Below are positions 51,901 to 62,208 of a stretch of DNA of 64,000 nucleotides, one piece after another. The position numbers were made by a program, and so were the translations under genes. The stretch comes from an uncultured delta proteobacterium. Lineage in GTDB: Bacteria; Desulfobacterota; Desulfobacteria; Desulfobacterales; Desulfatirhabdiaceae. The DNA lies in NCBI GenBank assembly GCA_963789395.1, contig CAWBKP010000010.1, positions 1 to 64,000 of the forward strand. The letters are read 5' to 3'. The notes under the pieces were generated by a model, which made no database searches, was not told the origin of the DNA, and saw nothing but the letters and a program-made list of their open reading frames with translations. Every line of letters starts with the position of its first letter. The first letter of the stretch is position 1.

Positions 51901-53667
51901 GAGACGTTGTCGTCATGTCCGGAGGCGCAACGGGAATCAGCTCCCATCTGGCCCGCAGTTTTGTTCCCTTTAAGCCCCGCCTGGTCTTTCTGGGAAGAAC
52001 GACTCTCGATCCAGGCATGCATGTAACTCCCCGCACCATGCATCCGACTTCAACGCCTTTTGTTCTCGAAGACAGGGCTTTGGAGATTACCCGGACCCTG
52101 GCTGATTTGCACGCCTCAGGGATCGAGGCATCCTACCATACCTGCGATGTCGCTGATCCCGAGGCGGTCCGTGCCGTCATGGACGAGTTGGCAAATCGTT
52201 ATGGCAAGATCCGGGGGATCATCCATGGTGCAGGCGTCCTCAGGGACGGATTCCTCAACCAACTGACTCCGGATGATTTTTCCATTGTCACGGACATCAA
52301 ATTCCTCGGTGCATGGAATTTATTCCTGGCTGCCGAGAAGGCCGGCTTGAGGTTTTTCGTGGGCCTTTCTTCGGTGGCCGCGATCCAGGGGAATCCCGGC
52401 CAAACCAACTACGCGGCCGCCAACCGGATGATGTCCGCGTTGATCAGAACCCTCCGGCGGAAGAATGGCGCCATCCGGTTCAAGGCATTAATGCTTCCCC
52501 CAATCGAGGGGGCGGGCATGGCCGAGGACCCGGATATTCGGGAACTGATGCGGCTGAAGGGCGCGTCGTACATTCATGTAGATGAGCTTGCAGGGCTTTT
52601 CTGCCGGGAGCTTTTCGCATCCCCGGCCGACGATAATTGGGTCATGTTCATGCGGACGCTGCCCTCCGTAAAGACGGCAAGGCTAAATGACAGGACCGGT
52701 CCTTTGCCCAATGGAGTACTGGATGGAGGCTTCGCGGCTTTAAGCCCCGAGGGCTTTCCCATGATAGAGGGGATCTCCGGCCTGGACATCCGCCGGGAAC
52801 AACTCGAAGCCTTCAGGTCCTTCTCCCGGGAGAAGGATCTTTGGATTGAGGATCACAGACCCTTGACGTTTATCAAGCATCCCCTGGTTTCAGCCGCCAT
52901 GTTTCTGGAGACATTCATGGAAGCCGCCCGGATCCTGTATCCTTATTTGCAGGTGTGCGGAGCCCGCCAGGTGCGGTTCCTGGACATGATCCAATGTCCT
53001 CCCGGGATAGTGCGGTCCATCCATCATCTCCTGCCGCCGGGTGGGGAGCCACCTTCCGGAGGTATTGTGCGAGGTTTCTCTGGCGACACAGGCGCTCTCC
53101 CCCACAGGAAAATTGGCAGACCGCTTCACCCCCCACTGCAAGGGTCAGGTCATTCTGGGCGGCGGGGAAGGCTTTCTGGGAGAGGGTTTCCTGGATTTTC
53201 CCGTCCGGGCCGACGAACTGACTACGGATCCCATGAATCAAAAAAATATGCTGAAATGGTACAAGAAACATTCCGGCCTCAAAGGCAGGTATCGCGTATT
53301 GGAAAGTCCTTGACGGCGCCGGTCCGAAAGTGATGCGCGGACAAAGCGTCTGCCGGCAGACAGGTGATTTTAAAAATCTGCGGAACGTTCATTATCAATA
53401 CTCTCCCTATCTTTTAGAAGCCATTTTGCAATTGGCCGGCCTCCACTGCATTGTCATGAATATAACGGAGAAACGATCCATGATTCCCATGGAGATCGGG
53501 GAGATGCGCTTTTCCCGAAAATGCCGGGCGGGGGAACAGATCACCCTGGAGGCCCGCATGCGGGCGCAGAATGCGCAAAGTCAGCTTGGGACGCCCGAGG
53601 ACTTGATGATCAAGGCCGCACCATCATGCAGGTTTCCAATTTGGTGATGCACTGGATTTCAGGCTGA
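45995..53667 (+). CDS. Iterative type I PKS/FAS: degenerate TIM barrel - FabK-type ER - KS - AT - ACP - KR - DH; four single-base frameshifts (about 48549, 53018, 53308, 53582)
   Basis: ER PFIQGAM, EGYEAGGH, AGGI, QMGTAYL; KS SAACATS, ECHATST, GHTLGASG; AT GHSLG, AFHS; ACP DLSIRSS; KR GGATGIS, YAAAN; DH DHRP. The corrected frame ends at TGA 53665-53667. Confidence 0.88.
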
Positions 53668-53685
53668 GTCGTCATGGATAGGGGG

Positions 53686-53718
53686 AGACCGGCTCGGTTA
53701 TGGAAACCGAGCCGGTCT
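53686..53718. other. Intergenic 14-bp perfect hairpin between the PKS and PPTase genes
   Basis: AGACCGGCTCGGTT-ATGGA-AACCGAGCCGGTCT; no U-tract, so more likely a stability/processing element than a terminator. Confidence 0.55.
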
Positions 53719-53780
53719 GGAAGTCACGAACAATTTTTACTTGTCTGAGGCCTAAGTAATGCAGCACGGCAAATATTGGA

Positions 53781-54512
53781 GTGGATATGGGGAAGGATTG
53801 CCAGGGCATTACCGTCCATGCAGTGAGTTTTGATCATCGCGGGGGACCCGCATTCTATGCATCCTTGCCGGGTGATGGTGAAAACCACAAAGGGTGCCGG
53901 TCGAACGGGGAAGAAGACAAGAATCGCCTGGTCTCCTTTCTGTTGGATCACGTTACGGGGATGGATAGTCCTCTTGGGAAATGCCGGCTTTCGTTCGATA
54001 GCGATCCTTTTCCCATTCACGTGGTCCGCGACCCGCTCGGCAGGCCGCATCTCCTGTTGGGAGAACATCGGGGTCCGGCCATCTCCTTCAGCGAGGGTGG
54101 CGGGAAAATCTGGGCCGCGCTTTGCGGGGATGCATCCGATATCGGCATCGATGTAGCAACGGCCGATGAATTTCAGGGAGGATACCCCTGTCACCGGGTC
54201 TTTCATGACCGGGAGATCCAATATGCCTTAAGGTTGACGGGGGGAGACATGGAAAAGGCTTCAGCCCTGCTCTGGTCCATCAAGGAAGCGGTTGTCAAGG
54301 CCCTGGGATGCGCATTCCATCTTGTGGCGCCCCGGCAAGTTCACATCTATCCTTCGACAGGGGGGGACGGGGGATATACTTTCCCCGTGTGCTTATCGAG
54401 GAAGGCCCTGGCACGGTCTCCCACGAGCACAGGCTGTTTCATATGGGTGCGTTCGTTTCCCCAGGCGAAGATGTGGCTTTCCATTGCCCTCTTGAGCTGG
54501 CAGCCACGTTGA
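53781..54512 (+). CDS. 4'-phosphopantetheinyl transferase (Sfp-like)
   Basis: GRPHL, ISFS, DIGIDV, LWSIKEAVVKALG. Confidence 0.85.
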   Translation: MDMGKDCQGITVHAVSFDHRGGPAFYASLPGDGENHKGCRSNGEEDKNRLVSFLLDHVTGMDSPLGKCRLSFDSDPFPIHVVRDPLGRPHLLLGEHRGPAISFSEGGGKIWAALCGDASDIGIDVATADEFQGGYPCHRVFHDREIQYALRLTGGDMEKASALLWSIKEAVVKALGCAFHLVAPRQVHIYPSTGGDGGYTFPVCLSRKALARSPTSTGCFIWVRSFPQAKMWLSIALLSWQPR

Positions 54513-54565
54513 GACGATGGCTTAGATTTTAATATCCGTGTTCTATGGAGGCAGGCTTTTGATTC

Positions 54566-55518
54566 ATGATGAAAGAAACTGAATACGCCATCGAAGTCGA
54601 AAAACTGACGAAGCGTTATGGGGATTTGCAGGCAGTTAACGACATCTCGTTCAACGTCCGGAAAGGCGAGGTTTTCGCCTTGTTGGGCCCGAACGGAGCC
54701 GGCAAGACCACCACTGTCGAGATCATCGACACCATCCGCACGCCCACGTCGGGAAACGTTCGCCTTCTGGGAATGGACGTCACAAAGAAGAAGCGCGACA
54801 TCGTCCCCCGCATCGGCGTCCTCCCGCAGGGGTTCAACTCGTTCGATAGGATAACCGTCAGGGAAACCGTGCAGTACTACTCGCGGCTTTTCTGTTGCAG
54901 GAACGTCAATATCGACGGGCTGATAGCGCTTGTGAATCTCAATGAAAAGGCCAAAGAGCAATACATGAATCTCTCCGGTGGATTGAGACAGCGCCTCGGG
55001 ATCGCAATTGCGCTCGTGAACGACCCCGAGGTCGTGTTTCTAGACGAGCCGACGACAGGACTCGACCCCCGCGCCAGGCGCGAGGTATGGGACGTCCTGC
55101 TGGGCCTGAAGCAGGCTGGAAAGACGGTATTTCTCACCACGCACTACATGGAGGAAGCTGAGCTTCTTGCGGACACTGTAGCAATTATCTCCAAGGGGAA
55201 GATCATCGCCATGGACTCTCCCGTGCAGCTCATCGAAAGCAACGCGGATTACCTGGTCCTCACGCTGCAGTCTGTGGATGAAAAAACTTTTGAAGTCGTA
55301 GGGAAGATGGGCTTCGCGCCGGAACTTACCAACACAAAAGCCTCAATGTGAAGGTGGCGGGCACGGACGACATCCGGAAGATACTGAACGCCATGGAAGA
55401 CTCCGGGGCCGCGTTGCTCAGCATGGACGTTCGCAAGCCCAACCTCGAACAGGTCTTCCTGAATCTTACCGGCGAGGCGCTCCACGAAGGCGCTTCCGTG
55501 GGAAAGGGGGTGAAATGA
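54566..55518 (+). CDS. ABC exporter ATP-binding subunit (frameshift near 55328)
   Basis: GPNGAGKTT, LSGG, FLDEPTTGLDP, TTHYMEEAE; the tail KPNLEQVFLNLTG lies in another frame and ends overlapping the permease ATG. Confidence 0.9.
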
Positions 55519-56629
55519 ACCTGCGCGTTGTTGTCGCAAGCCTCGTCGTGAGCCTCAAGAGCTTCTACCGCGAGAAGACCACGATGTTCTTCACAACTAC
55601 CTTCCCGATACTCCTGATACTCGTGTTCGGCACGATTTTCCAGGACCAGGACAAATTGAATTTCGACCTTTGCCTGCAGGACCTCGACCAGACAGAAACC
55701 ACGGCGGAAATCGCAAAGACCCTGTCCCTTACCGGGAAGTTCAACGTCACCAAGGTCGATCCTACCATCGATGCCGCACATTACGCCAAGACCAACCAGA
55801 TAAACCTTGTTGTCATCATTCCCAAAGACTATGAAAAATCTTGTATGCAATATCTGCAATCCGGCGATCCCGATGCATTCGTTACCATCCAGTTTGTCTA
55901 CGATCCCAGCTCCAATCGGTGGATACGAAGATGCGAATTCTGGACATTATATTCGCCAAGCTGAACCAGGGGATGTCCGGAAAGCCGCCGTTCGTCAAGA
56001 CGGAAGAAATATCGATTCTCACCAGGAAATACCGGTTCATCGAGTTCTTTATCCCCGGCGTCATCGCAATGGCGGTGATGACCGCAAGCCTGTTCGGAAC
56101 TGTGAACGTGAACACGGAGCTGCGGCAGAAGGGCATCATCCGGAAACTGTCCACCACGCCCATCACCCGCTCGGACTGGATACTGTCTAACATTCTATAC
56201 CAGTTCATACTTGCGGTCATATCCACCACGGCAATGCTTATAGTGAGCTACGCCGTGTTTGACGTCAAATTGCAGATAAACGCCTGGCTCCCGCTGTTCA
56301 TCGTGCTTGACGTTTTTACGTTCGTTGGTATCGGGTTGATACTCACCCGCATCGTGAAGGAGGCGCAGAGCGCCGCCGCCGCAGCCAACGCCCTCATATT
56401 CCCGATGATGTTCCTCTCGGGGAGCTTCTTCCCGCTCGAGATGATGCCGCGCTTCTTGCAGACGTTCGCCAGGGCCCTGCCTCTGTACTATGTGAACGAG
56501 GGTCTTCGGGCATCCATGGTGTTTCACGACAACGCCGCCGCACTGAATTATGCCGCGATAATCGGAGCCTTCGCGTCACTGGTCTTCGTTCTGGGTCTCA
56601 TCGCCACCAAATGGGAAGAGGGTAATTGA
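55515..56629 (+). CDS. ABC-2 type permease (frameshift near 55914)
   Basis: FFTTTFPILLILVFG, FFIPGVIAMAVM, ELRQKGIIRKL, FPMMFLSGSFFPL. Confidence 0.88.
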
Positions 56630-58389
56630 CAGCCAAACATCCCTTTCGCGCCATCACGCAAGCACCCCATGCCCGTGTCATTACCGCCTTGCTTGCAGCA
56701 ACGCTCGCTGTCCTTATCGATTTCATTTTCAGATTCAGCAATTACCGGGATCTACTGCATCTGCTCCCGGACGCCGGAGCCATGAAGTTTTCGGGCGCAC
56801 TCACGCTGGTATTTCTCCAGGTGATCGCTCTCTTTTATCTCATGCTTCTTCTTCCCAGGCTTCTCCGTGCGGTCGTCTTCCTGTTTTTTGTTTTTGTCCT
56901 GGTCGTCCAATTCTCCTACTGGCTGACACTTAACCAGTTCATGACAAGCACCGACCTGTTTCTCGCCCTGAATGTCAGCGCCGACAATTTCGAAGGCGCC
57001 ATTTCAAGCTTCCTCAAGCCGCTTATCTTCTGGTATGCGCTTCCCTACGCACTCGTACTATCCACACTGATTTTCGTCCCAGTCAGATCCACATTCCGAA
57101 AGTCCCTCGCGCTCAGCCTCCTGCCCGCATTCTACCTGCTCTTTTCCAATTCCGCCCTCTTTCTTTACGCGGCTGAAGGCAATTTCCATCTGAATCCCCT
57201 GACCTCCCTCCTCCGTACAGCACTTCATTACGAATTTGAAACCCTCCGAGAATATCAGGGCCCCCGGGAAGACCTGCCGGTATTTCCTGCCTCCCAACGG
57301 CCACATAACAGCATCATCTATATCATCGATGAATCCATTCGAGGCAGCAATCTCAGTCTGAACGGCTACCCGCGGGCCACCACACCGTTTCTTCAATCTT
57401 TAGAGACCCAGGGACGCCTCAAGAATCTCGGCATTTGCGTTGCTGCCGGCACCTATTCCTACCTCAGCAATGCTTATCTGGTTACCGGCCACAACGCATT
57501 TCCCGACGACACTTTTCGAACATTCAAGAACCCGACCCTCTTTGATTACGCTAAAAAAATGGGTTACGAAACGATCTATATCGATGTCGACAGTGGCTAT
57601 CTTTCCAAGCTTCTGGAAACCGCCCGGGAGGGTCACGTGAGATCCCTGGACCGGTGGATGACCGATCAATCGTTCAGGGATCGCCATATCGATCTTGAAA
57701 CCACGAAAGACCCGGGCGTCGCACGCTTTCTGAGTAGTCTTCTGAACGAAAGAGGCGGTTATTTCATTCTCGTCAACAAGAAGGGCCTTCATTTCCACTA
57801 TCGCAATACCTACCCGGATGATCCGGCCTTTACGTTTTGGGAGCCGGTTATGGAAACATCGGAACCCATCGACCCCAGCCCGACCGGCCGCGAAAAGCTC
57901 GTTAATACCTATGACAACGGGATTCGCTTTCAGGTGGATGAATTCTTCCGGGAGTTCGTGTCCGATACAACGAATCAGAATTATGTCATCCTTTACACTT
58001 CGGACCATGGCCAGACGTTGGCCGAGCATGGGCAGGTGTATACCCATGTAAAGTCTGACAAGGTGATCGTCGACGTACCGGCGTTTCTCGTAGTCGGTGA
58101 GCGATATGACAAGAAGGGTTCCTTAGCCGGCATTCGCCCCGGCATCCGGGTTTCCCATCTGAACAATTTCGCGACCATCCTCGATCTGATGGACGTACCG
58201 TTGTCTTTGCGGGTTCGTCCCTACGACAAATCGATTTTTTCTTTGACGTCCGAGGACAACAGCGAGCGCTACTATATGAGCGGTTCTCTTCATGGCTCCG
58301 GCGATTACGTGGTGAAGATGATACCGACACCACCGGATGAGGGATGGGGCGTTTCGAGACTTCTCGGCAAGGTCCTCAAGTCTGAATGA
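56626..58389 (+). CDS. Membrane sulfatase-fold transferase (EptA / phosphoethanolamine transferase-like)
   Basis: N-terminal TM bundle; IIDESIR, GYPRATTPFL, KGLHFHY, NTYDNGI, YTSDHG, SHLNNFATILDLM. Confidence 0.8.
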   Translation: MTAKHPFRAITQAPHARVITALLAATLAVLIDFIFRFSNYRDLLHLLPDAGAMKFSGALTLVFLQVIALFYLMLLLPRLLRAVVFLFFVFVLVVQFSYWLTLNQFMTSTDLFLALNVSADNFEGAISSFLKPLIFWYALPYALVLSTLIFVPVRSTFRKSLALSLLPAFYLLFSNSALFLYAAEGNFHLNPLTSLLRTALHYEFETLREYQGPREDLPVFPASQRPHNSIIYIIDESIRGSNLSLNGYPRATTPFLQSLETQGRLKNLGICVAAGTYSYLSNAYLVTGHNAFPDDTFRTFKNPTLFDYAKKMGYETIYIDVDSGYLSKLLETAREGHVRSLDRWMTDQSFRDRHIDLETTKDPGVARFLSSLLNERGGYFILVNKKGLHFHYRNTYPDDPAFTFWEPVMETSEPIDPSPTGREKLVNTYDNGIRFQVDEFFREFVSDTTNQNYVILYTSDHGQTLAEHGQVYTHVKSDKVIVDVPAFLVVGERYDKKGSLAGIRPGIRVSHLNNFATILDLMDVPLSLRVRPYDKSIFSLTSEDNSERYYMSGSLHGSGDYVVKMIPTPPDEGWGVSRLLGKVLKSE

Positions 58390-58425
58390 TGAAAATATAA
58401 AAGCTGGGTTTTTCGACAGTTTGCG

Positions 58426-61400
58426 TTATTTTTCAATCCGTTGCAGGGCTTCCAGTTCCGAGGCGACGACATCCAGAGCAAAGCGGATCTGATCGGGTGT
58501 ATGGGTGCAATTGACAAAAAAGCGCAGACGGGCGGAGTTATCAGGGACGGCCGGATAGACCATGGGCAGGGCATCGATCCCTTGCCGGAGGATGGATTGT
58601 GAGAGTCTTAGCGCCTTCAAGGAATCTCCGACGATGACTGGAATAACCGGGGAAAAGCTGCTGCTGGCGCCGGTATTCAGACCCCTTTCCCGGGCGAGCA
58701 TGAGAAAAAACCCGGAGAGCTCATGGAGGCGCATCACCCGTTGGGGCTCCTTCCTGAGCAAACGAATGGCGGCCAGTGCTGCTGCGACATTCGACGGAGG
58801 CATTCCCACACTGTAGACAAAGCCCGGCGCGGTGTATTTCAGGTATTCAACAAGGGCTCCGGATCCGGCGATATAGCCTCCGCAGCTGGCAAATGACTTG
58901 CTCAATGTGCCCATCCAAAGTTCGACTTCGGCGGGAGCGATTCCAAAGTGCTCACCAATACCCCTGCCTCTTTTCCCCAATACGCCGATGGAATGCGCCT
59001 CGTCCACCATCAGAAAGGCTCCGTGCCGTTTCTTGATCTTTATAAATTCAGGAAGTTCCGGGATATCGCCATCCATGCTGTAAAGGGCTTCGATAACCAC
59101 GAGGGCCCGTCGGAAACGGGGTCGCAACTCCTTGAGAATCATGTCCAGGGCTTGCCAGTTGTTGTGGGGAAAAGAAAGGTATGTTGCCTGGGAAAGCTGG
59201 CATCCCTGGAGAACACTGTTATGAATCAGGGCGTCATGAACAATGAGATCGGACTTGCCGAAGAGATGGCCGATTGTAGTCACGTTCGTGGCATGTCCGC
59301 TGACAAAAACGAGGCTGTCCTCTGTGCCGATCAAGTCAGCAATTTCTTTCTCAATCTCACGATGCAGGGGCCTTTCGCCTGAAACCAGACGGCTTGCCGA
59401 AACCGAAGTCCCATAGCGGTCGATAGCATCTTTGGCGGCTTGAGATACGACCGGATCTCCGGACATACCCAGGTAATTGTACCTGGAAAAGGTGATGAAC
59501 GCCCGGCCTTTTGCAGTTGCGTCTTTTGAATCGGTCTCTTCGTGCACCCTGAAGTAAGGGTTGTCGATACCCCGCGCCTTCATCCCCTGCATGATCTGTT
59601 GCAGGTTACGGTATTCGGGGTAATCCACAAACGGCAGGCACTCCGGTTGAATCTCACGGACCTCTCTCTGGTCAACACCCCTTTCTGCCGGCTCTCCGGA
59701 CTGACGGTCGGATGATAGCACTTTTCCCAAAGGTCCGTCTTTGGCTTCAAGCCCTCTTCCCAAAGTCCTTTGCCAGAGAACGTGAGCCGTCAGATCGGAA
59801 ATGCCGGCTCCCAGAAAGAGCGCTTCGACGGGAAATTCGATTCCCATGTCTTCTTCAATCGTCGTCTTCAGCTCTGCTGCCATCAAAGAATCGATGCCAA
59901 GCGTATTCAAGGGACTGTGCACATCTATCCTGGTGAACGAGATTTTGAGGAGATCCGCCACTTTTTTAGCAATGCGAGCCTCAATGACCCGGTTGAGCCA
60001 GGAAACGGCTTCCGCACCCATGTCCTCAGATTCCAAATCGCCGACTTTGAGCGTTGAAGCATCCAGACCGATCGAAACCGATGCGTCGTTCCCCAGATGG
60101 ACGGGTCGGCATTCTTCCAATGCCTGGAGGGTTATCTCCGGATCGATTTTTTGGGAATACCCGACGCACTGGGCAACGGCCCTCAAACTGCCCTGGATAA
60201 AATGCTCCCGACAAAGGCGGCGCTGGATCTTTCCACTGGTCGTCTTGGGAAGACCGGCGGTCTTGAGCAGCACAACTGCGTAAGCGTGGATTTCATGCTC
60301 TCGTGACACACTTTGGCGAATGGCCCCGATCACCGCCTCTGCATCCAGCTTTTTGATGTATCGTCGCTCGATTTCTTGCACCACCACCAGTCGTTCCTCA
60401 TCCCCGACTTCAACGGAAAACGCCGCCCCGCAGCCTGGTCGCAGGGCCTCATGGCTTCTTTCCACGGTCCTCTCGATGTCTTGAGGATAATGATTGAGGC
60501 CCCGTATGATGATAAGATCCTTCCAACGGCCCGTGACAAAGAGCTGGCCGTCATGGATAAACCCGAGGTCTCCCGTGCGCAGATAAAGACCTTTACCACC
60601 ATCGGCAAGCCTTGCCCGGAAGACGTGATCCGAATCTTCAGGACGATGCCAATATCCTTGTGCAACGCTTGGCCCTGCGATCCATATTTCTCCAATCGTA
60701 TCGATTTTGCAGGGGGTCTGCTTCTCCGGATCGACGATAACAATCTCATTGCCAGGCGGTGCTCCCCCATTTGCTACCAGCTCGAAGTCATGCTCCCGAT
60801 CTTCTGCAGAAAGGACCAAACGACCGGATTGTAACGACTGCGCGTCCACCTTCAGGAATGTCGGTGCGGCGCTTTTGCTGCCTCCAGAAGCGATAAGGGT
60901 GTTTTCCGCAAGGCCATAACAGGGCAGAAATGCTTTTTGCCGAAAGCCGCAGGACTCGAAAGCCGCAGCAAAACGGCGGAGCGTCTCCCCCCTGACCGGC
61001 TCGGCACCGTTGAAAGCAACCTCCCAACTGCTCAGATCAAGTCCTGATTTCTGCTCCGGCGTGATCTTTCGAACACAAAGATCGTAAGCAAAATTCGGTC
61101 CACCACTTGTCGTGGCCCTATAGCGTGAGATGGCCATCAGCCAGCGAAGCGGTTTTTGGATGAAGTGAACAGGTGACATCAAGATCATATCGGCGCCAGC
61201 ATAAACAGGCTGAACGATCCCTCCGATCAATCCCATATCGTGGTATGGGGGAAGCCAGAATATGCCGCGGTTACTCGATGAATACCCAAAGACTTCATGG
61301 ATAACGGATGAATTATGGAGCAGGTTCCCATGGCTGACCATTACGCCCTTGGGATTTCCGGTGGAACCGGATGTGTATTGGAGAACAGCAAGGGAATCAG

Positions 61401-61932
61401 CACCCAGGGAAGGTTCTTTCCAGACATTTGCCAGATCGTCGGAAATGGTGTCGGTTAATATCCATTTGAGAGCAGCCAACCCGGGAGTCTTATTAATTTG
61501 GTGTCTATATGCTTCCAGGGTAGAAGCCGTAGTGAGTGCAATTGTGGGTTCAGCGTCGGCTACTGTTGCTACAAGGTTTGCCAAAAACTGGTTGGAATGG
61601 GGGGGATAGGCCGGCACGGCGACCAAGCCCGCACACAAGCACCCGAAGAATGCCGTGGGAAACTCGATGCCTGGAGGGTAGAGCAAAAGGATCCTCTCTC
61701 CCGGAGAGAGGTGAGATTGGAGATGCGCCGCAATGGCGAGTGCCCTGCGTTCCAGTTCACAATATGTCAGTCTGGTTTCTTGTGATTCTCCATCCTTGAG
61801 ATAGGTGTAGAGGGTTTTTTCTCCCTGCTCTTGAACCCTCCGGCGCAGCAGGTGGATCAGATTCGGCAGCCTATTCGTGCAGATTGTTGAGCTCGGTCCG
61901 GGCTGATTACCACGGCTCATATAGTCTTTCAT
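58426..61932 (-). CDS. Fatty acyl-AMP ligase - ACP - PLP-dependent alpha-oxoamine synthase fusion
   Basis: FAAL QYTSGSTGNPKGV, WLPPYHDMGLIG, CYGLAENTL, RTGDLGF; ACP LGIDSL; AOS NYLG, SGHATN, HNS, YSMDGD, DEAHSIG, GTLSKS. Confidence 0.92.
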   Translation of the reverse strand: MKDYMSRGNQPGPSSTICTNRLPNLIHLLRRRVQEQGEKTLYTYLKDGESQETRLTYCELERRALAIAAHLQSHLSPGERILLLYPPGIEFPTAFFGCLCAGLVAVPAYPPHSNQFLANLVATVADAEPTIALTTASTLEAYRHQINKTPGLAALKWILTDTISDDLANVWKEPSLGADSLAVLQYTSGSTGNPKGVMVSHGNLLHNSSVIHEVFGYSSSNRGIFWLPPYHDMGLIGGIVQPVYAGADMILMSPVHFIQKPLRWLMAISRYRATTSGGPNFAYDLCVRKITPEQKSGLDLSSWEVAFNGAEPVRGETLRRFAAAFESCGFRQKAFLPCYGLAENTLIASGGSKSAAPTFLKVDAQSLQSGRLVLSAEDREHDFELVANGGAPPGNEIVIVDPEKQTPCKIDTIGEIWIAGPSVAQGYWHRPEDSDHVFRARLADGGKGLYLRTGDLGFIHDGQLFVTGRWKDLIIIRGLNHYPQDIERTVERSHEALRPGCGAAFSVEVGDEERLVVVQEIERRYIKKLDAEAVIGAIRQSVSREHEIHAYAVVLLKTAGLPKTTSGKIQRRLCREHFIQGSLRAVAQCVGYSQKIDPEITLQALEECRPVHLGNDASVSIGLDASTLKVGDLESEDMGAEAVSWLNRVIEARIAKKVADLLKISFTRIDVHSPLNTLGIDSLMAAELKTTIEEDMGIEFPVEALFLGAGISDLTAHVLWQRTLGRGLEAKDGPLGKVLSSDRQSGEPAERGVDQREVREIQPECLPFVDYPEYRNLQQIMQGMKARGIDNPYFRVHEETDSKDATAKGRAFITFSRYNYLGMSGDPVVSQAAKDAIDRYGTSVSASRLVSGERPLHREIEKEIADLIGTEDSLVFVSGHATNVTTIGHLFGKSDLIVHDALIHNSVLQGCQLSQATYLSFPHNNWQALDMILKELRPRFRRALVVIEALYSMDGDIPELPEFIKIKKRHGAFLMVDEAHSIGVLGKRGRGIGEHFGIAPAEVELWMGTLSKSFASCGGYIAGSGALVEYLKYTAPGFVYSVGMPPSNVAAALAAIRLLRKEPQRVMRLHELSGFFLMLARERGLNTGASSSFSPVIPVIVGDSLKALRLSQSILRQGIDALPMVYPAVPDNSARLRFFVNCTHTPDQIRFALDVVASELEALQRIEK

Positions 61933-62208
61933 ACTGTTGTTTATTTCTTCCTGTTGGTTCGAAGATCCCCGTGGTCATCAACGGCAGCCCCGCATTCTTC
62001 TCAAAGATCAATGCGCAATCGTGAATTACGAAGGAATGAGATACCATCATTGATATTAAATTTTCTCAAAGTATACGGAATTTGTCAACCATGGTTCTTC
62101 GAAAAGAACGCTTTATATCCTTCAATTTAAAGGACCTATGACGATCACGTTCTTGTTGGCGTCTGAAGCGCGGTCCATGCCGGTTTGGAGTTTGCGTGCA
62201 GAAACGTT

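Noticed and set aside
45995..53667. PKS as several genes, programmed frameshifting, or a true PUFA (pfa) synthase
   Set aside because: Breaks fall inside the KS and DH domains without slippery sites and match the window-wide indel pattern; there is one ACP and no KS-CLF or FabA-type partner.
58426..59650. Calling the oxoamine synthase bioF
   Set aside because: It is fused to FAAL-ACP, no biotin genes are present, and the context points to long-chain lipid synthesis.
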